DNA of 63,280 nucleotides, filler included, from Octopus bimaculoides (Eukaryota): NCBI RefSeq assembly GCF_001194135.2. It is 5 parts of 4 records of this genome, joined end to end, with 100 filler letters (N's around TTAATTAATTAA, not from the genome) between each part and the next. Parts side by side here need not be neighbours in the genome. Positions count along the whole stretch, not along the records: positions 1 to 16,375 come from NC_069002.1; positions 16,476 to 33,380 come from NC_069002.1; 3 more parts are not named here. One strand, 5' to 3'. Shown piece by piece: positions 11,530 to 23,296 of this stretch (position 1 is its first letter; each line of letters starts with the position of its first letter). The notes under the pieces were generated by a model. It saw only the letters and a program-made list of their open reading frames with translations, ran no database searches and was not told where the DNA came from. The position numbers and the translations under genes were made by a program.

Positions 11530-12029
11530 NNNNNNNNNNNNNNNNNNNNNNNNNNNNNNNNNNNNNNNNNNNNNNNNNNNNNNNNNNNNNNNNNNNNNNN
11601 NNNNNNNNNNNNNNNNNNNNNNNNNNNNNNNNNNNNNNNNNNNNNNNNNNNNNNNNNNNNNNNNNNNNNNNNNNNNNNNNNNNNNNNNNNNNNNNNNNNN
11701 NNNNNNNNNNNNNNNNNNNNNNNNNNNNNNNNNNNNNNNNNNNNNNNNNNNNNNNNNNNNNNNNNNNNNNNNNNNNNNNNNNNNNNNNNNNNNNNNNNNN
11801 NNNNNNNNNNNNNNNNNNNNNNNNNNNNNNNNNNNNNNNNNNNNNNNNNNNNNNNNNNNNNNNNNNNNNNNNNNNNNNNNNNNNNNNNNNNNNNNNNNNN
11901 NNNNNNNNNNNNNNNNNNNNNNNNNNNNNNNNNNNNNNNNNNNNNNNNNNNNNNNNNNNNNNNNNNNNNNNNNNNNNNNNNNNNNNNNNNNNNNNNNNNN
12001 NNNNNNNNNNNNNNNNNNNNNNNNNNNNN

Positions 12030-12067
<38 letters not shown>

Positions 12068-12119
12068 CATGTATACACATATACTTACATATGATAGTAA
12101 TATATATATTTATATATAA

Positions 12120-12345
12120 CAGTGATATCCGATTTTAACAGTTATATTTACCAAAATTACATTAAAATATCTTGAAATACTAAAGAGTAAATTTATTCAA
12201 TAAAATCGCCATTGGCTTCAACTACGGCCTGCAGACGACTTCGGAACCTCCTGAAACTCTTCTGTATGGCCTCCTTGTTTAAGTTGATGAATGCTGCGAT
12301 AATCCTTGCCTTCATTTGATCTTTGGTCACATGATCGAATCTGTA
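12120..12345 (-). mobile_element. Tc1/mariner transposase 3' fragment in an intron of knottin gene 2
   Basis: Minus translation DHVTKDQMKARIIAAFINLNKEAIQKSFRRFRSRLQAVVEANGDFIE*, a typical IS630/Tc1/mariner C-terminus. Confidence 0.75.
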
Positions 12346-12436
12346 TCAACTCGGAAAGTAGACTTACAAGATTTGAGCAGTCTCAGGCTATTGCAAGGTG
12401 CTGACTCTGATACAATTATCAGAGTATAATACTTAC

Positions 12437-12491
12437 CGTCTTGTCACGTTTTCACTTTGTCTTTCTAACAACTCTTCAGGCAGAGCCAAAT
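12437..12491 (-). CDS. Knottin gene 2, exon 2: propeptide DLALPEELLERQSENVTR-R
   Basis: Acceptor tataatttccag|, donor ACG|gtaagt, 55 nt, phase 1 to phase 2; joins exons 1 and 3 in frame and creates a dibasic RR site. Confidence 0.88.
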
Positions 12492-13248
12492 CTGGAAATT
12501 ATATAATAAAACATTTGCAAAGATTGCATAAGATTGCATAAGCTTGGCCCAGAATGGCAGCTTGATTAGAGAGACGAGCTAGAGAAATGCGTGTCACTTG
12601 AAATGCGTGTCACTTGAAAGGCGTCAACTTGAAAGGCGTCACTTGAAAGGCGTCAACACTTATTATTCACAATCACTGCTGTCGTAGTAGTTTGGCAGTT
12701 TCTGCAAGTGGGTCACCTTCACGGTGACCTTCGGCGGTCCTTGAAAATCTCTGCATAAGTTAACAAAAACCAGCTGACCATACTTCTCATTTGGGAGTAA
12801 ATTTGTCTGAAGGCACCGCTGTCACTCTCACAGGACTATTGGCTTACTCTCTAGGCCTGAAGAAGTTGTACTTAATTCTAAACCCACACGTATCCCAAAC
12901 AGTACTGACACATAATACAGTTGAACCGACTGAAAGAAACGTAAATATCGTAGTCGGCCAAAATGATATGTGTGTAATAGCTAGCTAAGTAGCTGAAAGG
13001 CTGGATGGATGTATAGATCGATAGAAAGATAGAAATTCAATAATCTCATATAGTGGAGAGTTGCAAGGACTGCAAAGGTTCTTGCTGTTAGCCTTCTCTT
13101 GACATTTAACTGCACAAGAGCAACAAATCCACAACAATCCCACTCACTCCAATTCTCTCTTGTTTCAACATCTACTCACTCTTCACTTCCCCTCTGTCTC
13201 TCCTCTCTCTCTATTTCGATGAAGTGATAGGGAGTGTTGTGTACTTAC

Positions 13249-13318
13249 CTTGCTTGTGCGAAAAAGTTACTAAAACTAATGCAGAAATGAAGAAACAGAG
13301 AACATAAGCAGTATTCAT
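13249..13318 (-). CDS. Knottin gene 2, coding exon 1: signal peptide MNTAYVLCFFISALVLVTFS-HKQ
   Basis: Acceptor ttttataccaacag|, 7-nt UTR, ATG, hydrophobic core, donor CAAG|gtaagt (phase 1). Confidence 0.88.
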
Positions 13319-14665
13319 CACAAATCTGTTGGTATAAAAAGTCAACAATTAGAGATGTTGAAAACATGTAGATAAAGCTGGTCTCTATAGCAACAGTTCT
13401 ACCTCTGAAATTTAGATAACGAAATGAAAGAAAGTTTTCATGCATGAATTTCAATGCCGAATGTTGCGCAATACCACTATTTTACAGATTTTATTTGCAA
13501 AATGTAAGTTGCAAAATTTGTATAAGCGGCATACTTTGTTTGGAAATCTCAGCTTGTCAAGACTACCATTAGGACATTTAGTAACATAGACAAATAATTA
13601 TATTACATGGAAAAATGCGAGCAAGTATAAAAATTTTCTTGTTCTGTACTTTGTAATAACTTGTCCTGTACTTTTACAAGTTTATAATCTTAAGAATATT
13701 ATTTCTCTCGCTCGCATTTTCCCATGTAATCCATGTCTTTCCATACTATGCTATTATGCTAATTAATAATGTGTCAATCAATAATTTAAGATTTTTACCT
13801 TATTGAAAACTGAATAATAAATTTAATAGCTTTCTAAATAATATATTAATATTTTTCAGTTTTTTTGATTGAATTATTATTATCGAATTAAAATAAAAAA
13901 GTTTTAATATATTAAAATAAAATAAGGTTAGTATTTGAAGAGTACTTTATTTACATTGACTCATTATAAAATTAAAAATTGGAAATAAAATTAGAAAATC
14001 AGTGAATGCATCCACTCTGTGGCACGTGGAGCAATAAAATCATTTCAAAAACAAGGACACTGGATAGTAAAAAAAAGAAAGAAAATCGTGAAAAATCGTG
14101 AAGAATGTTGGTGCAAAAAATGGAACGAGAAAAAAGAAACGGAATGAAGAAAACTAAGTAAACTACATTCACTTGTGCAAAATTTGTGTCCCTTGATGAT
14201 ATTTAAACAAAGTGGGCTCACCATACATGACCGTTGCATTCCTCTAGTCTTAGCTCTACCGTTTCCTATTTTCGCTTCGTGTTCGCTCATTCTCCGATGT
14301 TTCTAAGTTCTTAGTAAGACGCACTATTTCTGCATTTTACATAAATTTTTGAAATGGTAATAAAAAATGGTCATATTGCGACATGTCTTACAGTTATTAA
14401 ATTTATGTTTTCAGTTATTCACCAGTTCATCATTCGAGATGTCATAAAAAAAGGCAGCTGCCTTATGTTCCTGTGTGCATATAAAGAAATATCGATTTCT
14501 TAAAATGACCATAATACCTAAAGGTGTTTTATAGAGTATATGGAATGCGGTCGACTTATTTCGTTGGGTAGTATTTGTATTTAAAATAAGTTATGTTTGG
14601 AGACAAATTCTGTTTTTTATTTATTTATTTTTATTTTTTTAGGATTAGACAAATATTGTCCCAAT

Positions 14666-14932
14666 CAGGGGGTCTCAACCATTTTCTGCCTGTGCATCCC
14701 CTTAATTGTTACTGTACTCTAATGGACCCTTCTATATATATATATTCAGTGTTTAAAAAAGTCCTATTATATATTTATAATTAATTATTATTAGCAATTG
14801 TATAAAAAATGTTAAACTATTTTGTGTAATTTGCAAGTATTAATATAACCAATTTATTGAACATAAACTTTAACAGCAAAATCTTACGTGGAACCTCAAG
14901 AGTAATTTGGACCCCACAGTTCAGAACCATTG
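14666..14932. mobile_element. hAT (Charlie-like) MITE
   Basis: Ends cagggggtctcaacc ... gttcagaaccattg; flanking 8-mers gtcccaat/gtctaaat match 6/8 as a decayed TSD. Confidence 0.6.
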
Positions 14933-15109
14933 GTCTAAATGATGTTGTGTGAGATACGATATATTATTTGGTGGTTATTCAAAGACTTCTATATTGCGTG
15001 AGTTGTGTTATTTTATTGATTGTGAATGTATAATATAAGTGCAGTATTATAGCATTAGGTTGTGAGTGGATATGTGTTGTGTATTTTATCTTTTATTTTT
15101 TATTTGTTT

Positions 15110-15305
15110 CGGTCATTATTAGACGGCCGCCAATCTGGGGCACCGCCAATCTGGGGCACCGCCTTGAAGAAGTTTAGTCGGAGAAATCAACCTCGTTACT
15201 TATATTTTATCGATACTGGTACTTAGTTGGTCACTTTTTGAATTACGGGGGCGTAAACACAATAACACTGGTTTCAAGCTGTAGCAGGGGACAAACAGTA
15301 TCAAA
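15110..15305 (-). mobile_element. SINE family B 3' half
   Basis: tttgtttcggtcatt...gcaccgccttgaag...tttagtcg matches the 3' ends of family B copies (17800-17990, 39720-39910). Confidence 0.7.
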
Positions 15306-15368
15306 AAGACACACAAACACAAATTACGATAAGTCAAAAATTATCTTCACTTTTTAAAAAGGTTCTTT

Positions 15369-15432
15369 AGTGTTAGGGTTAGGGTTAGGATTACGGCTAG
15401 GGTTTAGGTTTTAATGTTAAGGTTAGAGTTTA
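15369..15432 (+). repeat. Degenerate interstitial (TTAGGG)n array
   Basis: tagtgttagggttagggttaggattacggctagggtttaggttttaatgttaaggttagag. Confidence 0.7.
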
Positions 15433-15439
15433 TAATGAA

Positions 15440-16130
15440 GAATACAAGTACCTTGGGGTACTACAGGACAAAAGTGTAATAAAAAGATATGAGAGACAAA
15501 ATCTCTAAAGAGTGCAAGAGAAGAATTAGGAGAAGAATTAAATGGAAGGAATATAAAAGCAATGACTACATAGGCTATGTCAGTATTAAGGTACTATTCC
15601 CCTTTTCTAAAATAGACAAACACAAAGCTAGAGGATTTTGAGAGAAGAACTAGGGAGCCGCGAATAATGCACAACGCACACCACCGTAAATGAAATACCG
15701 ACAGAATCCCTATCAAAAGAGTTTGTAGGCAGAGTTTCTTTTTTAAATAGAGAAGATACCATTAGTACTACTATAATCGAATTAAAAATACTATTTTGTA
15801 TGTAGTGAAGCAAGAATATTATCATCAGCTAGAAATGTCCAGAAAGTTACTGAAGTAGCAGGAGACAATTCAAGAACAGAAGGAATGCAGCAGAACGAGT
15901 ACTTGGAAAGAAAAGGAATTAAATGGCCAATTCATACGGTGAACCAAAGATGCTGGAAGTAAAAAACGTTGGTTATTTGACAGATGGAAACCTGAAACGT
16001 GAAACTGAAACGTTAATTATAGCGGTTCAGGAATAAACCCGTAGAAAGAATTTTATAAAAGCAAAGATTGATAAAACTCTTGTCAGAGCGGAGACTCAAA
16101 ATCTGTGGAAAAGGTAGTGCTCAAGAGATT
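15440..16130 (+). mobile_element. R4/Dong-like LINE fragment (RT end to pre-CCHC region), degenerate
   Basis: YKYLGVLQD; ELNGRNIKAM...LEDFERRTRE...MHNAHH; KELNGQF; ETETLIIAVQE...NFIKAKIDK. Confidence 0.8.
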
Positions 16131-16344
16131 TAAACTTGAGCAGGTAGAGGAGTCAATGTAGGGAAAAACAAGTTATACAAATCAATATGTAAAGCATATT
16201 AAATACATGAAATACAAGAAAATGTATGTATGTAAATATACAAAAAGGTCCGACTTACACAGAATACAAATAATACAGAAAATTGAAAGGGTCGACGAAA
16301 AGTATTACAAATCCAAGAGCTCGGTGGTCCAAAATAATCTTATG

Positions 16345-16375
<31 letters not shown>

Positions 16376-17094
16376 NNNNNNNNNNNNNNNNNNNNNNNNN
16401 NNNNNNNNNNNNNNNNNNNTTAATTAATTAANNNNNNNNNNNNNNNNNNNNNNNNNNNNNNNNNNNNNNNNNNNNACAGCCACACCTATGCCTGGTTGTT
16501 AGTTACTTTTTTTTCTTCTTTTTTCTTTTCTGATTGAGGTTAAAATAAAAATTGATAGATGAGTCATCATCTTGTATGAAATCAGATATAGGTGTGTGTG
16601 TGGAAGGGGTATGTACGTGTGTGTGGAGGGGGTATGTGTGTGTACATGTGTGTGTGGAGGGGGTACGTGTGTGTGACGTACACATTTCAATGCATGTGAT
16701 ATTTGTGTGTGTGTCTGTGTGTGATATGTATGTATGTTTGTATGACCATGTGTGAAGGTGTGTGTGTGTGTGTGGCCATTGTTGTAAGTATGGGGGCTGA
16801 ATATATGTGTATGTATGTACATAATGGAGTTTAATATGTGCACTATGTATATGCCATCTGTATAGGTGTGTGTGTGTGTGTACGTGCAGAAACGAAAAGG
16901 TAAGGAGATAACCAAGGAAAAAGAATCAAAGGAACCATTGTGACATTTTCAGAATTTCTTTTTTCATAGAAAACCTGTTTTAAGAAACCCTGCTCTATAC
17001 ACATACACACACACACATTTATGTATACACAGATTACACAATGTATGTATATATATATGTGGACATATGAATGCATGTATACCACATATATGCA

Positions 17095-17300
17095 TCATCA
17101 TCATCGTTTAACGTCCGCTTTCCATGGGTTGGACAATTTGACTGAGGACTGGTGAAACCGGATGGCAACACCAGGCTCCAATCTGATTTGGCAGAGTTTC
17201 TACAGCTGGATGCCCTTCCTAACGCCAACCACTCAGGGAGTGTAGTGGGTGCTTTTACGTGTCACCCGCACGAAGGCCAGCCAGGCGGTACTGGCAACGG
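17095..17300 (-). mobile_element. RTE-tail SINE/LINE 3' end, family D
   Basis: The reverse complement has ggaagggcatccagctgtagaaac...caacccatggaaagcggacgttaaac(gat)n; many copies in the window. Confidence 0.8.
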
Positions 17301-17799
17301 CAGTCTTGGCTGTGTGCTAAGAAGCTTGCTTCTCAACCACATGGTTCCAGGTTCAGTACCACTGCAGTTACCTTGGGCAAGTGTCTTCTACTATAGCCGT
17401 TCAGGCCGGCCGAAGCCTTATTAGTGAGTATGGTAGATGGAAACTGAAAGAAGCCTGTGGAATGTGTTTGTAAGTATGGGTGCAGGATATGTGTTTATGT
17501 GGGTGTATGAATGTGTGTGGGATATGTACGTACATAATGGTATTTAATATATGTATAGGTGTGTACCTGCAGAAACCAAAAGGTAAATAGATAGATATCA
17601 AAGGAGCCATTGTGACAAAGGCAATGAATAGAGGACGCACTCTGTTACCATGGCAAAATGAAAACCAAAAGACATATCAATGGCAAACAGGTCACTTCAC
17701 CAAAACAAAGAGTATAGAATTCCGAAGTGATGGTCTTTTTATACAAACCTGGTGAGGTGGGGTGAATGCTATTGTTTTTTATTCTCCTTTTTTTTATAT

Positions 17800-17986
17800 C
17801 TTTTTTCTCTTATTTGTCAGTCATTTGACTGCAGCCATGCTGGAGCACTGCCTGCAGTTGAACAAATTGACCCCAGGGCCTATTCTTTGTAAACTTAGTA
17901 CTTATTCTATCGGTCTGTTTTGCCGAACCACTTAGTTACAGAGATGTCAACACACCAGCATTGGTTGCCAAATTATGGTGGGAGAA

Positions 17987-18038
<52 letters not shown>

Positions 18039-18245
18039 CGTACATATCCCACACACATTCATACACCCACATAAACATATATCCTGCACCCATACTTACA
18101 CATTCCACAGGCTTCTTTCAGTTTCCGTCTACCAAATCCACCCACAAGGCTTTGGTTGTCCTGAAGCTATAGAAGACACTTGCCCAAAATGTCACACAGT
18201 GGGACTGAACCCAGAACCATGTGGTGGGAAAGCAAACTTCTTACC
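17800..18245 (-). mobile_element. tRNA-derived SINE family B (CORE-like ccttgggcaagtgtcttcta), near full length
   Basis: Head aagtttgctttcccaccacatggttctgggttcagtccc, internal (TG)n, 3' gctccagcatggctgcagtcaaatgactga. A partial + copy lies at 17310-17460. Confidence 0.85.
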
Positions 18246-18676
18246 TCACAGCTTACCTCATCCTTTGGAGCCATTGGATCCTCTGGGACTGTTCAAGACA
18301 TATCAGCATGTAACAAGTACTTTAAACGACAAGAATGGTGACAGCTGCTACTTAATTGTGTTCTTAAAAATGATTTATCACACGTACACACGCACGCATA
18401 CACATGCACATACACAATGTGTAGGTGTGAATGTTTCAGGCATGGCAGTGGCTATCTCACTAAAAGTGTCAAAACACAAGAATAAATAACTTTGTTTTGT
18501 ACTCAAGTGAACTCTGCCATTTCCACTTCTTCAATCAATAAAGCAGAAATAGAAGTCAAATACTGAAGGTGTCAATATAATCCCCTACCCCGTCCCACCA
18601 CCCTCGATCACCTCCAAATATAGGTCATCATACCTGTTAACGAGACTTATGTCAGACATCATTTATACATTATTAG

Positions 18677-18985
18677 TATTACCTTTGCCTTGGCGGAGAT
18701 ATTGTTTGTAGTTGTGTTTGTTTGTTTGTCTGTGGACAAAATATCTCAATAACTGCTACATGGATTTGAATGAAACTTTCGGGGATGTTTGGCCTCGTGA
18801 CTGGCACAAGCTGATTAGATTTTGGGAGCGATCCTGTACCAGACAAGGATTCTGGATTTATTTTTCCTGCTTTTTTACTTAATTTTTTTAGAGCAGTCGG
18901 GTTCATTTTTAGTATTCCCGTTTGTGAGAGCAGTCGAGTTTATTTCAGATATTCTCATTTTAAAAATCATCTCTGGCTAATCATT
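18677..18985 (+). mobile_element. Helentron-associated (HINE/DINE-1-like) non-autonomous element fragment
   Basis: attacctttgccttggcggagatattgttt...(tgtt)n gtctgtggacaaaatatctca...ggatttgaatgaaacttt resembles the recalled HINE layout. Confidence 0.5.
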
Positions 18986-19083
18986 AAAAATATATATATA
19001 TATATATATATAAACAATGAATGAAATAGAAGGATTCAATTGACAATCCAATAATTTATTTATATTATAACATAATATACTTT

Positions 19084-19128
<45 letters not shown>

Positions 19129-19820
19129 TAAATTCCATCAGATGAAAGANNNNNNNNNNNNNNNNNNNNNNNNNNNNNNNNNNNNNNNNNNNNNNNNNNN
19201 NNNNNNNNNNNNNNNNNNNNNNNNNNNNNNNNNNNNNNNNNNNNNNNNNNNNNNNNNNNNNNNNNNNNNNNNNNNNNNNNNNNNNNNNNNNNNNNNNNNN
19301 NNNNNNNNNNNNNNNNNNNNNNNNNNNNNNNNNNNNNNNNNNNNNNNNNNNNNNNNNNNNNNNNNNNNNNNNNNNNNNNNNNNNNNNNNNNNNNNNNNNN
19401 NNNNNNNNNNNNNNNNNNNNNNNNNNNNNNNNNNNNNNNNNNNNNNNNNNNNNNNNNNNNNNNNNNNNNNNNNNNNNNNNNNNNNNNNTTTTTTGTTCTA
19501 TTTTTCACACTTTTAATGACTCATTTTGTTTTAAGTATACAGTGGAGTTCGTTACACCAGTTCACACACACACACACTGTCTCTCTCACGCTCTCCTCTT
19601 TCACACTCTCATGCTGTCTCGCTCTCTCTCTGGCTCTCTCATTCACTTTCTCTCCCAATTCCTTTCTCTCTCTCACACACTCACGCTCTCTCTCTCTCTC
19701 TCTCCATTCTCACTCTCTCCCTGACTTGCTCGCTCCTTTTTCTCTACCACTTCCTCTCCCTTTGTTCTGTCTCCCCCCCCTCTCTCTCTCTCTGTCTCTC
19801 TCTCCAGCATGCATCCATTG

Positions 19821-20010
19821 TATGTGTGTGCTTATGTATGTGTGTGCTTATGTATGTGTGTGCTTATGTATGTGTGTGCTTATGTATGTGTGTGCTTATG
19901 TATGTGTGTGCTTATGTATGTGTGTGCTTATGTATGTGTGTGCTTATGTATGTGTGTGCTTATGTATGTGTGTGCTTGTGGATGTGTGTGCTTGTGGATG
20001 TGTGTGCTTG
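19821..20010. repeat. 16-bp minisatellite (cttatgtatgtgtgtg)n, about 11-12 copies
   Basis: Directly visible; terminal copies diverge to cttgtggatgtgtgtg. Confidence 0.9.
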
Positions 20011-20669
20011 TGCATGTGTGCGCGTATGTGCATGGGGCTGGGGGTATTTGTCAGTTTGTGGCCACCTTCTTGGGTCCCTGCCTCTTTTTTGTTTTAGATT
20101 GCAGAAATATGGAATGAGGGATGTCTGGCTGCTATTTCTAACAGGTCGAGTAACCGTTTTGAGACCCCTGCCTTGGCTTGTTTTTGCTCATTGTAAATTA
20201 TTTTGGTCAGAAAAACTGCAATTAACATTAATAATGTCTAGTTAGTTAATTACACTCAATTATGAATGTATGAAGCAAAATAGCACAGATTTGATTAAAA
20301 GGAGCGAATAATTGTTTAGTTTCAGAGAGATGGGGGGGGGGAAGAGACACAGCACGAAAGAGGGAGGAGGAGAAACAGTATGAGAGGAATGAGAGAGGGG
20401 GGGAAAAGAGAGAACATGAGAGAGGGGAGTCAGAGGAGGAGATAGTGTGTGAGTGAAGGGGAGAGAGTGGAGTGGGGAAAGCTTTTGGTGAAAAACAAAC
20501 AACAGCGGGTCAGTGTTGTTGGGATTCAAACATTCCTGTTTTTGTCAGAAACCATATTTCTTGATTCAAGAGCAATTAAATGTAATAATCTATAAAAGTG
20601 GCCATTGGAATGAATTTGGAAAAATAAGCTAAAGTGTGATCTACTGGATGTTGCAAGCCATCATCAGCA

Positions 20670-20860
20670 TCATCCTTTACCGTCCCTTTCTTCTGTTTTT
20701 CTATGCTGGCATGGGTCGGACAGTAAGACAGGCACTGGTGAACCAGATGACTGCTCCAGACCCCTGTGTCTGCTCTGGCATGGTTTTTTTGGCCAAAGGC
20801 CCTTCCTAATGCCAACCATTTTACAGAGTGTTCTAAGTGCTTTTTTTTATGTAGCACTGG
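20670..20860 (-). mobile_element. Family D (RTE-tail) copy, diverged
   Basis: ctatgctggcatgggtcggac...cccttcctaatgccaacc. Confidence 0.7.
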
Positions 20861-21157
20861 TGAGGTTACCAGGTAACTCATAAGACAAGGCCTCACCTCA
20901 CTCGATGGTGGTGTAGTATTGAGGGAGGTAGCTTCGTGCCTGGTGACAAGGAGTTAAAAAGTGTGATAGAGGGGTAGAGGTAAGTGTCTTGTTGAAGAGG
21001 TGATCATCATCACCATAGTAATCATTGTTGTCATTGTTGTTGCCATTGTCATCGACATCACCTTCATCCTTTCGAGGTCGATGAAATAAATACCAGCTAC
21101 ATGCTGGGGTTGATCAGGCCTTGTGCCTACAGTAGAAAGGGTTATTATTATTAAAGA

Positions 21158-21370
21158 TGGCAAGCAGGCAGAGTTGTTAGCGCATCGGACAAAATGCCGC
21201 TCAGCGTTTTGTCTGTCTTTACATTCTGAGTTCACATTTCACCGAAGTCAACTCTGCCTTTTGTCCTTTTGAGGTTGATAAAACAAGTACCAGTTGAACA
21301 CTGGGGTTGGCATAATTAACTTCCTCCTCCCCTTAAAATTGCTGGCATTGTGCTGAAATTTGAAAATATT
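21158..21370 (+). mobile_element. SINE family A copy
   Basis: ggcaagcaggcagagttgttagc...gagttcacatttcaccgaagtcaactctgccttt...aattgctggcattgtgctgaaatttgaaa. Confidence 0.8.
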
Positions 21371-21467
21371 ATTAGTAGCAGTATTAGTATTATTTTCATT
21401 GTTAGTGACATAACAAAAGCAAAATGGTAGAATGCCTTGTAGTGGTTTAGCCCGAAGTCAGAACTAA

Positions 21468-21511
<44 letters not shown>

Positions 21512-21678
21512 GCACACATGTTGCACACACACACACACAAACAGACACATCACCACCACCACCACCATCTTAAATTGAAATAGCCTGAAAGAGCTAATTC
21601 TAGCAAGTAAACAGTGGTGGACTTGTCCAAACTTCTACATTACTCTGTGTGTGTGTCTGTGTGTAAGTNNNNNNNNNN

Positions 21679-21727
<49 letters not shown>

Positions 21728-23261
21728 TACATGTACACGAAGTTTGTGCTAAAATAACACTGCCCCCCACCCCACCCGTCACTACTCCAACCCACCAACC
21801 TGAGTTACCAAAAATATAATATAATCAACAATGGTTATATCATGTTAAGCCATACCTACATCCACCCTTATCCCACCCCTATCTCGGGCCCTACCCCACT
21901 AACTAACCATTATTTATAGTCTTCGTTGTTGTTGATGATAGTGGCGGTAGTGTTGGTTATGGTAGTGGTCATTGGTCATGGTGGTGATTATGGTGGTGGT
22001 GGTGGTGGTGGTAGTAGTGTTACTTAATAAATATGTTGTTCTATCTTGTTATGATTTGTTTTTAATTTAAACAAAAAACAAGATAACAACAACAACAACA
22101 AGCGGCATTTGAAGAATTGATTAAATTGTTAAAAATAACATAGAATATATATAAAAGAATAAAAAAATGAAAGAAAGAAGGAAAGAATAAGAAGAAACAA
22201 AACCCTTACAATGGAAGGTTTTGTGGAGACCCAGAATGTCTGGAGACAGAGTTCTTCTCTGTGCAATTCTTTAGACACAAAATAATAATAATAATAATAA
22301 TGATGATGATGATGATGATAGCAACAGCAGCAGAGTAGGCTGATGCTGCTTAAACTGTATGACCTCAGTTGGTGGTGATAGCAATGGATGGTATCACCAT
22401 CGTAGTCTCCGGCACCACCACCACCACCACCACTGTCACCACTCTGACACCACTATCACAGCACCACCCTTACTGGCTCTATAAATCTGTTTATTTTAGA
22501 ATGTTTATGTAATAAATGAATGTAAATTAGCTGTTATCAGTATGGGAAGGAGGAGAATGCCAGTAACTCTATCAGCAATAAACACGAGTATCATTGTCCT
22601 CGTCCTCATTCTGACAACTGCTTTTCCATGCCGGCATGGGTTGGACTGATTCGATTCTTCCCAACAAACACTGCATCTGCTGTTCCTTCTGTCATCTCTC
22701 GTGTGAGGTTCATTGCCCTAAAATCACTCCCTTGAAACTTCTCTCTCTCTCTCTCCTTGTTTTCCTCTTCCACTTCTGATCTCTCAGTACTTCTCTACCC
22801 ATCCGTTATGATCTTCAAAACGCATTATCTTTGTACCAATGCAGTGATCTCCCTCTTGCACACTACATCTTGCTTCCTTTTACACCCAGGTGCCAATGCC
22901 ACTGTCCAGTTTAACCTTGCTGTTTCCATTTTGGCACATAGTCTAACCCCAATCCAAGCAGTACTATCTTCAGGCAGGGGCACACTGCACAGTTTCTCAG
23001 GGGCCTCCCGGGTTTAGGGGCCTAATTGTGATTCTAAGTATTTTGCAACTTGCTGTTAATAAATTCTATAAGGCCCAGTGCACCTATTTGCCTTAGGGCC
23101 CATTTCTGATCTATGTATACTGTGGTTTGCTGTCAATAGATAAATACTTTAGGGCCTAGTTTGCTGATGTGCCTTGAGGCCCATTTCTAATCTACATAAA
23201 TACTGTGGCTCTCAGTCAAATTTTATAGGATCTAGTGCACTAATTTGCCCTGGGGTCCAAT

Positions 23262-23296
<35 letters not shown>

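Noticed and set aside
11352-12119. Long ORFs spanning N-runs and microsatellites (also 19097-19516, 23378-24263, 34868-35826, 36925-37534, 52617-53645, 59897-61189)
   Set aside because: They are open only because of Ns and (CA)n/(TA)n/(CT)n repeats.
16420-16431. TTAATTAATTAA between N-runs (also at ~33425, ~57807 and ~61567)
   Set aside because: An identical 12-mer embedded in gaps four times is an assembly/scaffolding marker, not biology.
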